Part shown: in pieces, positions 39,468-49,713 of the stretch
Position numbering within the stretch: the first letter of the stretch is position 1
Layout of the letters: each line of letters starts with the position of its first letter
NCBI RefSeq assembly: GCF_035301675.1
Contig: NZ_DATGTT010000017.1
Coordinates: forward strand, 1,662 to 65,661
Source of the DNA: Lentibacillus sp.
GTDB lineage: Bacteria; Bacillota; Bacilli; Bacillales; Amphibacillaceae
Direction of reading: 5' to 3'
Length of the DNA stretch: 64,000 bases
Notes under the pieces: generated by a model
The model's database searches: none
What the model was told of the DNA's origin: nothing
What the model saw: only the letters and a program-made list of their open reading frames with translations
Translations under genes and position numbers: made by a program

Positions 39468-40628
39468 GTGGCTGGAGCACTTGAGAATGTTAAGATTCTT
39501 GATTTATCACGTGTGCTTGCCGGACCATATTGTACGATGATCCTCGGTGACCTTGGTGCTGAAGTCATCAAAGTAGAAGCACCGGGCGGTAGTGATGAAA
39601 CACGCAAATGGGGCCCGCCTTTTCAAAATGATGTCAGCGCCTATTACCTCTGTGCCAACCGGAACAAAAAAAGCATTACGCTTGATCTAAAGTCTTCGGA
39701 AGGCAATGCGGCAATCAAGGAACTCGTACGCGAGAGTGACGTCATCATTAATAATTTTAAAGCCGGAACCATGCAGCGGCTTGGACTCGATTATGACACA
39801 CTCGCGGAAATTAACCCGGGAGTCGTTTATTGCTCAATCACCGGCTTTGGTGAAACAGGACCATATAAAGATATGCCAGGCTATGACTTTATCATTCAGG
39901 CGATGAGTGGACTAATGAGTATTACGGGCGACAGCGAATCCGGTCCGCAAAAGGTTGGTGTCGCCATCACGGATATTCTCACCGGACTTTACGCATGCAT
40001 CGGCATTCAAGGTGCACTGCTTGAACGCACACAATCAGGCAAAGGACAAAAGCTCGACCTTTCCCTGTATGATTCAGCAGTCAGTTCGCTTGTCAATATC
40101 GGCAGCAACTATTTGATGGCCGGCAAAAAACCGTCTGCACTGGGAAATCAGCACGCGAACATTGTCCCGTACCAGACATTTTCAACAAAGGACGGCGAGA
40201 TGGTGATTGCTGTCGGAAACGATAACCAGTTCAAACGATTATGCGATATTTTGGAAATACCCGAATATGCATCAGACGAACGCTATCGAACAAATCCTGA
40301 CCGTGTGACAAATCGGGAAACCCTGATCCCGCTGCTTCAGGAAGTATTTTCGACCCAACGGACTGCTTATTGGCAGGAAAAATGTCAGGAAAACAGTATA
40401 CCATGCGGGCCGATTCAAACAATCGATGAGGTTGCCAATGATCCGCAGCTGAATGAGCGTGATATGTTCATTAACGCTGACCACCCGACAGCAGGTGACA
40501 TCCGGATGATCGGCAGCCCGCTGAAACTGTCGCGCACACCAGTAACCACACGGCACCACCCGCCGAATGCCGGTGAACATACGGATGCAATATTGGAACA
40601 ATACGGAATTTCAAAACTAAAAAATTAG
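39468..40628 (+). CDS. Family III (CaiB/BaiF) CoA transferase, succinyl-CoA:glutarate CoA-transferase-like
   Basis: ILDLSRVLAGPY, LGDLGAEVIKVE, TRKWGPPF, NRNKKS, PGYD; GTG start after GGAAGGAG. Confidence 0.88.
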   Translation: MAGALENVKILDLSRVLAGPYCTMILGDLGAEVIKVEAPGGSDETRKWGPPFQNDVSAYYLCANRNKKSITLDLKSSEGNAAIKELVRESDVIINNFKAGTMQRLGLDYDTLAEINPGVVYCSITGFGETGPYKDMPGYDFIIQAMSGLMSITGDSESGPQKVGVAITDILTGLYACIGIQGALLERTQSGKGQKLDLSLYDSAVSSLVNIGSNYLMAGKKPSALGNQHANIVPYQTFSTKDGEMVIAVGNDNQFKRLCDILEIPEYASDERYRTNPDRVTNRETLIPLLQEVFSTQRTAYWQEKCQENSIPCGPIQTIDEVANDPQLNERDMFINADHPTAGDIRMIGSPLKLSRTPVTTRHHPPNAGEHTDAILEQYGISKLKN

Positions 40629-40639
40629 GGGATGATCAA

Positions 40640-41842
40640 ATGGATTTTAATTTTTCAGAAGAACAAAATATGCTGCGCAGTACAGTGAAAAGCTTTGTCG
40701 ATAAAGAAATCATGCCATACATCGCCGAGTGGGACCGGGAAGGACAATTCGATCCGGCTATCATGCAGCGTCTCGCAGATCTTGGTCTGATGGGCGTCTG
40801 CATCCCGGAAAAATACGGTGGCAGCGGTATGGATTACAATTCGCTTGCTATTGTTTGCGAAGAACTCGAACGTGGAGACACCGCATTCCGTACAGCAGTT
40901 TCCGTTCATACCGGCCTGAACAGCATGACCCTGCTGCAATGGGGCACTGAAGAGCAAAAACAAAAATACCTCGTGCCTCAGGCCAAAGGTAAAAAAGTCG
41001 GTGCTTATGGTCTGACAGAGCCCGGTGCCGGGTCAGACGTTGCCTCGCTTCAGTCGACTGCCGTCAAAGACGGTGATCATTACATCCTGAACGGATCGAA
41101 ATCATGGATTTCCTTATGTGACACAGCCGATCATTTTCTTGTATTTGCCTATACCGATAAAGAAAAACGGCATAAAGGCATTTCGGCCTTCATTGTCGAA
41201 CGAAATTGGGAAGGGTTTGACTCAAAAGCGACGAAAGGCAAACTTGGCATCCGCTCCGGCAACACCGGTGAAATCTTTTTCGATCATGTTAAAGTACCGA
41301 AAGAAAATCTTCTTGGTGAGGAAGGTGAAGGATTCAAAATAGCCATGGCAGCGCTTGATAACGGGCGATTCACCGTGGCTGCGGGGGCTGTCGGTCAAAT
41401 CCGTGCCTGCCTTGAAGCAAGTGTCAAATATGCCAATGAACGTGAAACATTCGGCAAACCCATCGGTCAGCACCAGCTTGTCCAGCAAATGATCGCCAAC
41501 ATGAAGGCAGGACTGGAAATGAGCAGTCTGCTCGTCTACCGTGCCGGCGAATTGAAAAATGAAGGGAAGCGTAATACAGAAGAAACCTCCATGGCCAAAT
41601 GGCAGGCGTGTGATTTTGCCAACAAAGCTGCAGATGATGCTGTCCAGGTGCATGGCGCATATGGCTATTCGGATGAATACCCGGTTGAGCGTTATTTGCG
41701 CAACTCAAAAGCACCGGTCATATACGAAGGAACGCGTGAAGTGCACACACTTATGCAGGCCGGCTATGCATTAGGCTACCGGGAAGATAAACCATTAAAC
41801 AAAATGCTCCCGGCATGGGATGGCAACAAAGCAAAGATATAG
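40640..41842 (+). CDS. Acyl-CoA dehydrogenase, probable glutaryl-CoA dehydrogenase
   Basis: LTEPGAGSD, IYEGT; ELERGDTAFRTAVSV aligns with GCDH ELERVDSGYRSAMSV including the carboxylate-binding Arg. Confidence 0.8.
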   Translation: MDFNFSEEQNMLRSTVKSFVDKEIMPYIAEWDREGQFDPAIMQRLADLGLMGVCIPEKYGGSGMDYNSLAIVCEELERGDTAFRTAVSVHTGLNSMTLLQWGTEEQKQKYLVPQAKGKKVGAYGLTEPGAGSDVASLQSTAVKDGDHYILNGSKSWISLCDTADHFLVFAYTDKEKRHKGISAFIVERNWEGFDSKATKGKLGIRSGNTGEIFFDHVKVPKENLLGEEGEGFKIAMAALDNGRFTVAAGAVGQIRACLEASVKYANERETFGKPIGQHQLVQQMIANMKAGLEMSSLLVYRAGELKNEGKRNTEETSMAKWQACDFANKAADDAVQVHGAYGYSDEYPVERYLRNSKAPVIYEGTREVHTLMQAGYALGYREDKPLNKMLPAWDGNKAKI

Positions 41843-41956
41843 GCCGATCACAAAAGTATTGCTCATCAGCAGAGGGAAAGTGCGAGACTTCTGTGTCCCC
41901 CCCTCTGCATTCTTCATGTAAGACATCATTATCTATTTAATTAAGGAGGTCTTCAA

Positions 41957-43408
41957 GTGAAGCTCAAAAGCAAAACAAACAGCATTTTTATTGATGGGAT
42001 TTGGCAAGATATGAACGGACAGGAAACCGAAACCGTCTATAATCCGGCAACTTTGGAGGCGATTACGGAGGTCGCATATGGCGGAAAGACTGAAACCAAA
42101 GCTGCCATTCAAGCTGCATCACGTGCTTTTAAAACGTGGGGAGAAATGACAGGCCGGCAGCGTTCGCGGATTTTATATAAAGCGCATGAATTAATGCTCG
42201 AGGATGCCGAGCGGCTCGGCGAAATTTTAACTGCTGAACAGGGGAAGCCGCTGAAGGAAGCAGTCGGTGAAGTGAAAGGCGCCGCCAACTTTTTGCTCTG
42301 GTATGCCGAGGAAGCAAGCCGGGCTTATGGTGAATGGATTCCATCATCCATTAAAACCAAGCGCCTGCTTGTCATCCCGCAGCCTGTTGGTGTCGTTGGT
42401 GCGATTACACCATGGAACTTCCCATCATCTATGATCACCCGAAAAATCGGTCCGGCTCTGGCAGCAGGCTGTACGGTCATTTTAAAACCAGCCCCGGAAA
42501 CACCGCTTTCGGCGATTGAAATTGTGAAGATCATGGAAAAAGCCGGCATGCCGGATGGTGTTGTGAATTTAGTGACCGGTGATGCGGAGGCAATCGGCAA
42601 TACCATGCTTGAAAGCAAAGATGTCCGTCTGATGACATTCACTGGATCCACTGAAGTCGGGAAATATCTCATGCGGGAAAGTGCCGACCATGTCAAAAAA
42701 TTATCGCTTGAACTAGGCGGACACGCCCCAATTATCGTGTTTGACGATGCGTCTATCGATAAAGCGGTCTCGCTGGCATTAGCAAGCAAATTCCGGAATA
42801 ATGGCCAGACGTGTATCTGCGCCAACCGGATTTATGTCCATGAATCGGTTAAAGACGCTTTCAATAAAAAACTTACCGAAAAAGTTGCCAAACTTAAAGT
42901 GGGTGAGGGCACCGAGGAAGGAACAGATCTCGGACCGCTGATCAATGAGCAGGCATCTCAAAAAGTGCAGAAACACCTTGATGATGCGGTGTCCAAAGGT
43001 GCAGAAATCGTTTGCGGCGGTGACAAATGGAACGGCGGCCTGGATGGCTATTTCTATCGGCCTACCGTTCTATCAGGCGTGACCGATGAGATGATCGTTA
43101 TGAACGAAGAAACATTCGGCCCGCTTATGCCGGTGCAAACTTTCAGCGATGAGGATGCCGTGATCAAGAAAGCAAATGATACCGACTATGGCCTTGCAGC
43201 CTACATTTTCACCGAAACAACGAGCCGAGCCATCCGGGTATCGGAAAAACTTGATTATGGCATTGTCGGCGTGAATGACGTCTTCCCGGCCGTAGCTGAA
43301 GCACCGTTCGGCGGCATCAAGCAGTCTGGCGTCGGTAAAGAAGGCGGTCATCACGGTATGGAAGAATTTTTGGAGAAAAAGTATGTATCGATGGGGATCG
43401 ATGGCTGA
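41957..43408 (+). CDS. gabD: NAD(P)-dependent succinate/glutarate-semialdehyde dehydrogenase
   Basis: ITPWNFPSSMITRK, LELGGHAP, KFRNNGQTCICANR, EETFGP. Confidence 0.85.
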   Translation: MKLKSKTNSIFIDGIWQDMNGQETETVYNPATLEAITEVAYGGKTETKAAIQAASRAFKTWGEMTGRQRSRILYKAHELMLEDAERLGEILTAEQGKPLKEAVGEVKGAANFLLWYAEEASRAYGEWIPSSIKTKRLLVIPQPVGVVGAITPWNFPSSMITRKIGPALAAGCTVILKPAPETPLSAIEIVKIMEKAGMPDGVVNLVTGDAEAIGNTMLESKDVRLMTFTGSTEVGKYLMRESADHVKKLSLELGGHAPIIVFDDASIDKAVSLALASKFRNNGQTCICANRIYVHESVKDAFNKKLTEKVAKLKVGEGTEEGTDLGPLINEQASQKVQKHLDDAVSKGAEIVCGGDKWNGGLDGYFYRPTVLSGVTDEMIVMNEETFGPLMPVQTFSDEDAVIKKANDTDYGLAAYIFTETTSRAIRVSEKLDYGIVGVNDVFPAVAEAPFGGIKQSGVGKEGGHHGMEEFLEKKYVSMGIDG

Positions 43409-43572
43409 TTCAGTTTTTAATTTGGAATTATTTTGAAATCAGCGCTATAGGTGAGGCGAGAGTCGCTGCAGATTTGCATTGCATCTCTGCTAATTGAGCA
43501 GGAATCGCTATAGATATATTAATAACTGCTGATAAAAAGTCATCTATCATGTCACTTTCTAAGCAGATAAAA

Positions 43573-43900
43573 GAGGCTGAGACAAAAGTAATGAATCAAA
43601 GAAAAAATCCGAACGATGATTTGAAATTCTTCAGTTAGATTTTAAATCAGTTCGGATTTTTCTTTTTATAGTATAATTCGTTTTCACTTAAACCAGCGTA
43701 GGAAAAATGCGGAGACCCCTGGGGGAGCATAGGCCTGGATGAGACCCCGCAGTGCGACAGCGCGAAAAGGCTCGTCAGCCGCCCCCGGAAAGCGAAGCAT
43801 TTTTCCGCAGCGATGGTTAAGATTTATCCATACATTCCACTTAAATATTCCGGTTATCATTCGTCTTTTATGTTAAACGTTTTAGTTATGTCCCAGCCCC
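43573..43900 (+). mobile_element. Family B MITE-like element, most complete copy
   Basis: TIRs GAGGCTGAGACAAAA ... TTATGTCCCAGCCCC; AAAAATCCGAAC/GTTCGGATTTTT sub-palindrome; structured GAGACCCCGC core. Confidence 0.82.
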
Positions 43901-43905
43901 TTCTT

Positions 43906-44226
43906 CTAATGATGATCCCCCCGATAATGCTCGTACTGCCGGTACAAATCATGCAATGCAGAGACAAGCGCATTTCCGGCTTTTCCCAAATAGTGTTCTT
44001 TCATCGTTTCAGCAGGCTGATCAATGCCGTCCTGCAGACTGTGCCCTCTTAAAAGATGATGGACAAAATGCCTGCCGTGCTCAGTTGCAAGGGTGCAGTT
44101 GGCGGCTACAATCACCCCATATTTTTTATCGATTTCCGCTGTTATCGTGAGCGTTTCATAAATGCTTTTTGCTGCCATTCCGGATGGCAGCCTGGCATGG
44201 CCGGCGATAAATACCGTATTCATCAT
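43906..44226 (-). CDS. DUF3870-like protein
   Basis: TVFIAGHARLPSGMAAKSIYETL, CTLATE pattern; downstream of IclR. Confidence 0.7.
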   Translation of the reverse strand: MMNTVFIAGHARLPSGMAAKSIYETLTITAEIDKKYGVIVAANCTLATEHGRHFVHHLLRGHSLQDGIDQPAETMKEHYLGKAGNALVSALHDLYRQYEHYRGDHH

Positions 44227-44238
44227 ATCTCATTCCCT

Positions 44239-45012
44239 TCAGTTAAAATCCGGTCCACGGTAACCGAGTTTTCTGGAAATTGCCTCAGCTGATGTTTTTG
44301 TTTTCTTCTTCAGGCATTCCAGGTTCTCCCCTTCGAAGCGACGGGACAACCCGCTGACCGCCAGTGCGGCGATAACCTGATTACTATAATCATAGATAGG
44401 AGACGATATTCCTGTCGTATCAGCGTCCTGTTCTCCGATACTATAGGCATACTCATTTTCATAAATCGTCTGAAGTTCCTGAAGCAACTCTTTCCTATTA
44501 ATCGTACCGCTATCGCCAGGCCGATGCAATTCCGATTCTGTTAAAATTTCTTCCTGCCTTGCCCTGGACATGTTTGCCAGCAGCATTTTCGGGCCGGACC
44601 CCAAATAAAGGGGTGAGCTTTTGCCGACTCTGGTATTTAGTCTCAGTGCTCTTGAACTGTCTACCTTTTCAATATAGGTCGCTTCGCCCTGATTGGCAAT
44701 AACCAGGTGAATTACCTCATTAATATCACCGGCAAGCTTTTGCATATCCGGCAAGGCGATTGACCGAATTTCCAGCTGATCGGAAACAATTTGTCCAAGC
44801 TCGAGCAGCTTCAGTCCAAGCTGATATTTGCTGTCATGCTCATTCTCTTTCGTTTTATATAAGAAATTGCCTGACTCCAGAGCTGATAACAGCCGGTAAG
44901 CAGTTGGCTTTGGAATCCCGGCTTTCCCGGCAATTTCCTTTAAAGTCAGTTCCGGTGTATCTGGTGAGAAATAATTTAACAAATTCATTGCTTTGATGAC
45001 ACTCTGATTCAT
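44239..45012 (-). CDS. IclR family transcriptional regulator
   Basis: NQSVIKAMNLL, PKPTAYRLLSAL HTH, YQLGLKLLELG, C-terminal effector domain. Confidence 0.93.
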   Translation of the reverse strand: MNQSVIKAMNLLNYFSPDTPELTLKEIAGKAGIPKPTAYRLLSALESGNFLYKTKENEHDSKYQLGLKLLELGQIVSDQLEIRSIALPDMQKLAGDINEVIHLVIANQGEATYIEKVDSSRALRLNTRVGKSSPLYLGSGPKMLLANMSRARQEEILTESELHRPGDSGTINRKELLQELQTIYENEYAYSIGEQDADTTGISSPIYDYSNQVIAALAVSGLSRRFEGENLECLKKKTKTSAEAISRKLGYRGPDFN

Positions 45013-45132
45013 AGAGAAAACTCCTTGCAGTTATAATGACAACAATCTTTAAGACAAGAAACCATGCTCCAATCAGCAGTCCGTAAAGAAAAAAGCTGCC
45101 GCAAAAAGCAGAGCAGCCCTTTCAATAAAGGA

Positions 45133-46305
45133 TTAATTTGTTACATGTGCTTTCTTCGCACTGTTTGTTTCATGGATATTCACACCACGTTTAGCCATTT
45201 CCTCAATATAAGTATCCCCTGGAACAATCTGCTCAGGCGGATAAACACCACGTTTTGTAATCGTTCCGTTTGCAATCATCTGGGCAACAACAGAAATCGT
45301 GTTGGCGGTCGCGCGGGCCATAGCTGTTACGTTATGTTCTCTGTCTTTGTATGTTGTCATTTCAAATACATGTGTTTCGGGCTGGGCATCTTTTGTACCA
45401 TTCACTTTAACCCGAAGCAATACAACATCATCCTTTTCCCCAAGGTCAACAATCGGATCAAGCACTTTGAGCAATACTTCCCTTGGATTAATCTCCTGGC
45501 CATTGACATCAACCGAATAATCCATCCGTGTCAGATTCAAGTCAACGAGCAGCTTAAATTTCTCAGCGTGGCCCGGGTAGCGAATCGTTTTATATTCCAG
45601 CGCCTTCAATTGCGGGTACGAAATGGACAGTGTTGATGTGCCGCCTGATGTATGGAAAGCTTCAAGCGGACCGAACTTCTCAAAATGGACACGCTCAACT
45701 TCAGTCAAAGATTCAATTTCCTGTTTGACACCGTCACGGATGATCAATGCCGGATCAGTATAATGATCAAAAACCCCTTCCATTGAAAAAACATGATTGT
45801 ATTCAAACGGCGGCTCAGGATTGACCGGAATTCCGCCAACATACAGTTTAATCTCTTCCAATCCGTCAAGCTTGCTTTCGCCGTGACCGGATAAAATATT
45901 GATCATGCCCGGTGCCACACCCAAGTCAGGGATTAATGTAACCCCGGCGGCTTTAGCGTCCTCCTTCATCCCAAGGACCTTATCGGTCACATGGCCGATG
46001 TGCCCGCCTAAATCCACCGAATTGACGCCGACCTCAATTGCGGTCTCAGCAACGATCTCATTAAAGGAGTAAAATAATGCATTGATAACGACATCAAACT
46101 GCCGCATGTAATTGCCAAGTTCCTGTTTATCCTTTGCGTTAACCTGATAGGCTGTCAGTTTTGGAGAATTTAATTGATCGATAACACTCTGTGCGATTTT
46201 AATGTCGATATCAGCCAGGCCAACCGCTGTAACACCTTCACTTGACGCCAAATCACGAGCGGCCTCTTTTCCCATAAGTCCAGATCCGAGTACACCAATT
46301 TTCAT
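45133..46305 (-). CDS. lysDH: L-lysine 6-dehydrogenase (saccharopine dehydrogenase family)
   Basis: [57 protein letters not shown] closely recall Geobacillus stearothermophilus LysDH. Confidence 0.82.
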   Translation of the reverse strand: MKIGVLGSGLMGKEAARDLASSEGVTAVGLADIDIKIAQSVIDQLNSPKLTAYQVNAKDKQELGNYMRQFDVVINALFYSFNEIVAETAIEVGVNSVDLGGHIGHVTDKVLGMKEDAKAAGVTLIPDLGVAPGMINILSGHGESKLDGLEEIKLYVGGIPVNPEPPFEYNHVFSMEGVFDHYTDPALIIRDGVKQEIESLTEVERVHFEKFGPLEAFHTSGGTSTLSISYPQLKALEYKTIRYPGHAEKFKLLVDLNLTRMDYSVDVNGQEINPREVLLKVLDPIVDLGEKDDVVLLRVKVNGTKDAQPETHVFEMTTYKDREHNVTAMARATANTISVVAQMIANGTITKRGVYPPEQIVPGDTYIEEMAKRGVNIHETNSAKKAHVTN

Positions 46306-46511
46306 ACTTTCTTCACTCCCGATAAAATACTTCTATTTTTCTCCCCCTTAGGGAAGGCTGTCTCCCATTTACTTCGGATTTCCCCTGATTCCAGCAATCT
46401 CTTTCCCGTATTCAAGTTGTTGTCTCCCGAATTGATAGACTCCTGCCAGATAGGGTCTCTACCTTCCAGTATACTCCCCCGTTTTAGAAACTTATTCCAC
46501 CGGCTTATTGC

Positions 46512-48008
46512 TTACTCTGTATCAATCTGTGCACGCTGCAGCTTGCCGCTATAATCAATGTAAACTGCTTTCCATTCGGTGAACACATCGAGTGCCTGTA
46601 CGCCGGAGTCGCGATGTCCGTTCCCGGTTCCTTTTGTGCCGCCGAACGGTAAGTGAATTTCGGCACCTGTTGTACCGGCGTTCACGTAAACAATTCCGGT
46701 GTCAAGGTCCCGCTGTGCTTTGAACACACGGTTGGCATCTGTTGTGAAAATTGAGCTTGAAAGACCATACGAGACGCCATTGTTCACTTCGATGGCTTCT
46801 TCAAAACTCTTCACCGGAATGAGAGAGATAACAGGCCCAAAGATTTCTTCCTGAGAAATGCGCATATCTGCTGTGCAGTCCGTAAACAGGGTTGGTGCGA
46901 AATAATGCCCGTTTATATATTTGCCGCCATCAAGCACATAACCGCCGGCAACGAGCTTGGCCCCTTCTTCCTTGCCGATCTGAATATATTTTTCGATTTT
47001 TTCAAGACCAGCCTTGTTGATAATCGGCCCGACTGTATTTGACTCATCCAAGCCGTCGCCGATGGTCAATTTTTCGATTTCAACGAGCAGCCGCTCCTCG
47101 AGCTGTTCTTTCACGTCTTCATGAACAATTACCCTGCTTGCCGCTGTACAGCGCTGGCCGCTTGTGCCATAAGCGCTCCAGAGAATGCCTTCCACTGCCA
47201 GATCAAGATCGGCATCGTCCATGACCGTAATCGCATTTTTACCACCCATTTCAAGTGAAACTTTTTTCAACTGCTTGCCGCATTCGCTTGCAATATTGCG
47301 GCCGGTGTCATTGGATCCGGTAAATGAAATGACCCTGATATCATCATGGTGCACCATCGCATCACCGACCTGTGAGCCTTTACCATATACCACATTCATG
47401 ATGCCTTTGGGCAGTCCTGCTTCCTCAAGAATCTTCGCCAGTTCAAAGGCCATGATTGGCGTTTCAGTCGCAGGCTTCCAGATAACCGCATTGCCCGCAA
47501 CGATGGCCGGGAATGACTTCCAGGTAGCAATCGCAATCGGGAAATTCCACGGTGTGATGATGCCGACAACGCCAACCGGTGCACGCTGGCTCATCGAAAA
47601 CTTATTCGGAAGCTCCGCCGGCGTGGTATGACCAAACAGGCGGCGCCCCTCTCCTGCCATGTAAAACGCCATATCAATGCCTTCCTGCACTTCACCGCGT
47701 GCCTCTTCCAGCACTTTTCCGTTTTCCATCGTCAGCAGCTGCGAAAGCCGTTCCTTCCGCTCTTTCATTAACTGGCCGACTTTAAACAATACCTCTGCCC
47801 TTTGTGGCGCAGGTACCAGTGCCCATTCCTTTTGCGCTTTTTTCGCAGCTTCCACTGCATTATTGACAGCCCCGCCATCTGAGAGGGGAACATTTACGAC
47901 TGTTTCACCGTTCGCCGGATTGATCACCTCAGCGGATTGACTGGTTTCCTCCCATTTTCCGTTAATAAAATTGTTCAGTTTTTTTGTCTCAAGCAAACTT
48001 TGAGCCAT
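46512..48008 (-). CDS. Aldehyde dehydrogenase, ALDH7/aminoadipate-semialdehyde dehydrogenase-like
   Basis: GEVQEGID, LEMGGKN, GTSGQRCT, GTTGAEIHLPFGG. Confidence 0.85.
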   Translation of the reverse strand: MAQSLLETKKLNNFINGKWEETSQSAEVINPANGETVVNVPLSDGGAVNNAVEAAKKAQKEWALVPAPQRAEVLFKVGQLMKERKERLSQLLTMENGKVLEEARGEVQEGIDMAFYMAGEGRRLFGHTTPAELPNKFSMSQRAPVGVVGIITPWNFPIAIATWKSFPAIVAGNAVIWKPATETPIMAFELAKILEEAGLPKGIMNVVYGKGSQVGDAMVHHDDIRVISFTGSNDTGRNIASECGKQLKKVSLEMGGKNAITVMDDADLDLAVEGILWSAYGTSGQRCTAASRVIVHEDVKEQLEERLLVEIEKLTIGDGLDESNTVGPIINKAGLEKIEKYIQIGKEEGAKLVAGGYVLDGGKYINGHYFAPTLFTDCTADMRISQEEIFGPVISLIPVKSFEEAIEVNNGVSYGLSSSIFTTDANRVFKAQRDLDTGIVYVNAGTTGAEIHLPFGGTKGTGNGHRDSGVQALDVFTEWKAVYIDYSGKLQRAQIDTE

Positions 48009-48039
48009 ATGTTATACCTCCTAAAATTGATGATAAATA

Positions 48040-49713
48040 CTATTTTTTAGCACGATTACGGATTTGTGCAATCGTGGATGAAACGGAAATATGCTCCTTT
48101 TCAGCCATAATTTCAATGACTGCCGGCATATTTTTTTGCAGTGCTGCATCAAACACTTCAGCAAATTGATCGGCTGTTTTCACCAAATACCCATCAGCCC
48201 CGACACTTTCAGCCAAATCTTTGAATGAAACACTTCCTAAATCAGTACCGATGACTTTTTCAGGATAGTGCATTTCCTGATGCATCCGGATTGTCCCGTA
48301 CATTTGATTGTTAAACACGAGACTGATGACCGGAATCTGGTATCTGACTGCGGTTTCCAGCTCTTGCATGGTCATCATGAATCCGCCGTCACCAGCCAAA
48401 GCGATGACCGGTTTATCCGGCAGGGCAAGTTTTGCCCCGAGTGCCCCCGGAAGACCATACCCCATAGCACCTGAAGTCGGTCCCACATACGTATGTTTCT
48501 CCTTAAACGGATAAAAAGCGTGCAGCCAGCCTGCAAAGTTACCGGCATCATTGGTGAGCAGTGCGTTATCAGGCAATAAGCCCGCCATCATTGCCACTAT
48601 ATGTTTGTTGATCACATCTTTATGCGAAACATCCAGACTGCTGACTTCCTCAAAAGCACACCGGCGTTCGTTCACCCAATTTTTCCAGCCCACCTGGATA
48701 TCCATGCCTTCCAACGCCTTTAGCGCTTTTTCTCCATCCGCGACTATCCCGGCATCAGGACTGTAAACCTTGCCAATGATGTCATAACTGATATCGATGT
48801 GAATCAGTTTTTTCTCTGGCGTCAGGATCTGATAATCCTGTGTGGTCACCTCTGATAGCCGTGTGCCGATTGCCATGACAACATCCGCTTCCTTCACGGT
48901 CTGCAGGATATTTGGGCTGGTTCCCAGTCCAAGGTGTCCCGCATATAATGGATGATTGTTTGGAAACACGTCCTGTCTGCGAAATGCTGCAATAACAGGC
49001 AGATGGTATTTTTCAGCAAAAGACAAAAGAGCATCTTCAGCTTCTGAAGCTTTCACACCCCCGCCGGCAATGATCAGCGGTTTTTCTGCTGCATCAAGCA
49101 GCTCTTTAACTTGTGTGATTTCTTCTTCGGCTGGAACAGGCTTCGGTTTCACAGCGGGCGGCCCAAACGTCATCTCCGCCTCAGCTGGCAGGATGTCCTC
49201 CGGCAATGACAGGACAACCGGGCCCGGTCGTCCTGTCCGGGCTATGCGGAATGCCCGCTGCACAATCTCTGCCATGCGTTCCGGGTCTTTCACTTCAACA
49301 GCCCACTTGGCGGTATGCTGAAAATACTGGTCCAGATCAATTTCCTGAAAGCCTTCCCTGCCGCGGAACTTGCTGTGCACCTGCCCCAGAAAAACAACCA
49401 TTGGCGTGGAGTCCTGATAAGCGGTATGAACACCGATGGAAAGGTTTGACGCACCCACACCGCGTGTGGCCATAACAACACCGGGTTTTAGGGATGACTT
49501 GGCATACCCTTCTGCCATAAATGCTGCACCGCTTTCATGCCTTGTCGATATCAATCTGATGGAGGCTTCATCGTGCAGTGCATCCATTAAAGGCAGGTAA
49601 CTTTCGCCGGGAACACAGAACGCATCACTTATCCCCTCTATTTTCATACACTCCACAATTGCCTGTGCTGCGGTCATCGTTTTGGTTTTTCTGGGTTTCA
49701 CTGTCGTTTTCAT
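48040..49713 (-). CDS. ThDP-dependent enzyme (acetolactate synthase-like decarboxylase superfamily)
   Basis: CVPGESYL, TRHESGAAFMA, GDGGFMM...FNN ThDP motif; no ilvH small subunit nearby. Confidence 0.9.
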   Translation of the reverse strand: MKTTVKPRKTKTMTAAQAIVECMKIEGISDAFCVPGESYLPLMDALHDEASIRLISTRHESGAAFMAEGYAKSSLKPGVVMATRGVGASNLSIGVHTAYQDSTPMVVFLGQVHSKFRGREGFQEIDLDQYFQHTAKWAVEVKDPERMAEIVQRAFRIARTGRPGPVVLSLPEDILPAEAEMTFGPPAVKPKPVPAEEEITQVKELLDAAEKPLIIAGGGVKASEAEDALLSFAEKYHLPVIAAFRRQDVFPNNHPLYAGHLGLGTSPNILQTVKEADVVMAIGTRLSEVTTQDYQILTPEKKLIHIDISYDIIGKVYSPDAGIVADGEKALKALEGMDIQVGWKNWVNERRCAFEEVSSLDVSHKDVINKHIVAMMAGLLPDNALLTNDAGNFAGWLHAFYPFKEKHTYVGPTSGAMGYGLPGALGAKLALPDKPVIALAGDGGFMMTMQELETAVRYQIPVISLVFNNQMYGTIRMHQEMHYPEKVIGTDLGSVSFKDLAESVGADGYLVKTADQFAEVFDAALQKNMPAVIEIMAEKEHISVSSTIAQIRNRAKK

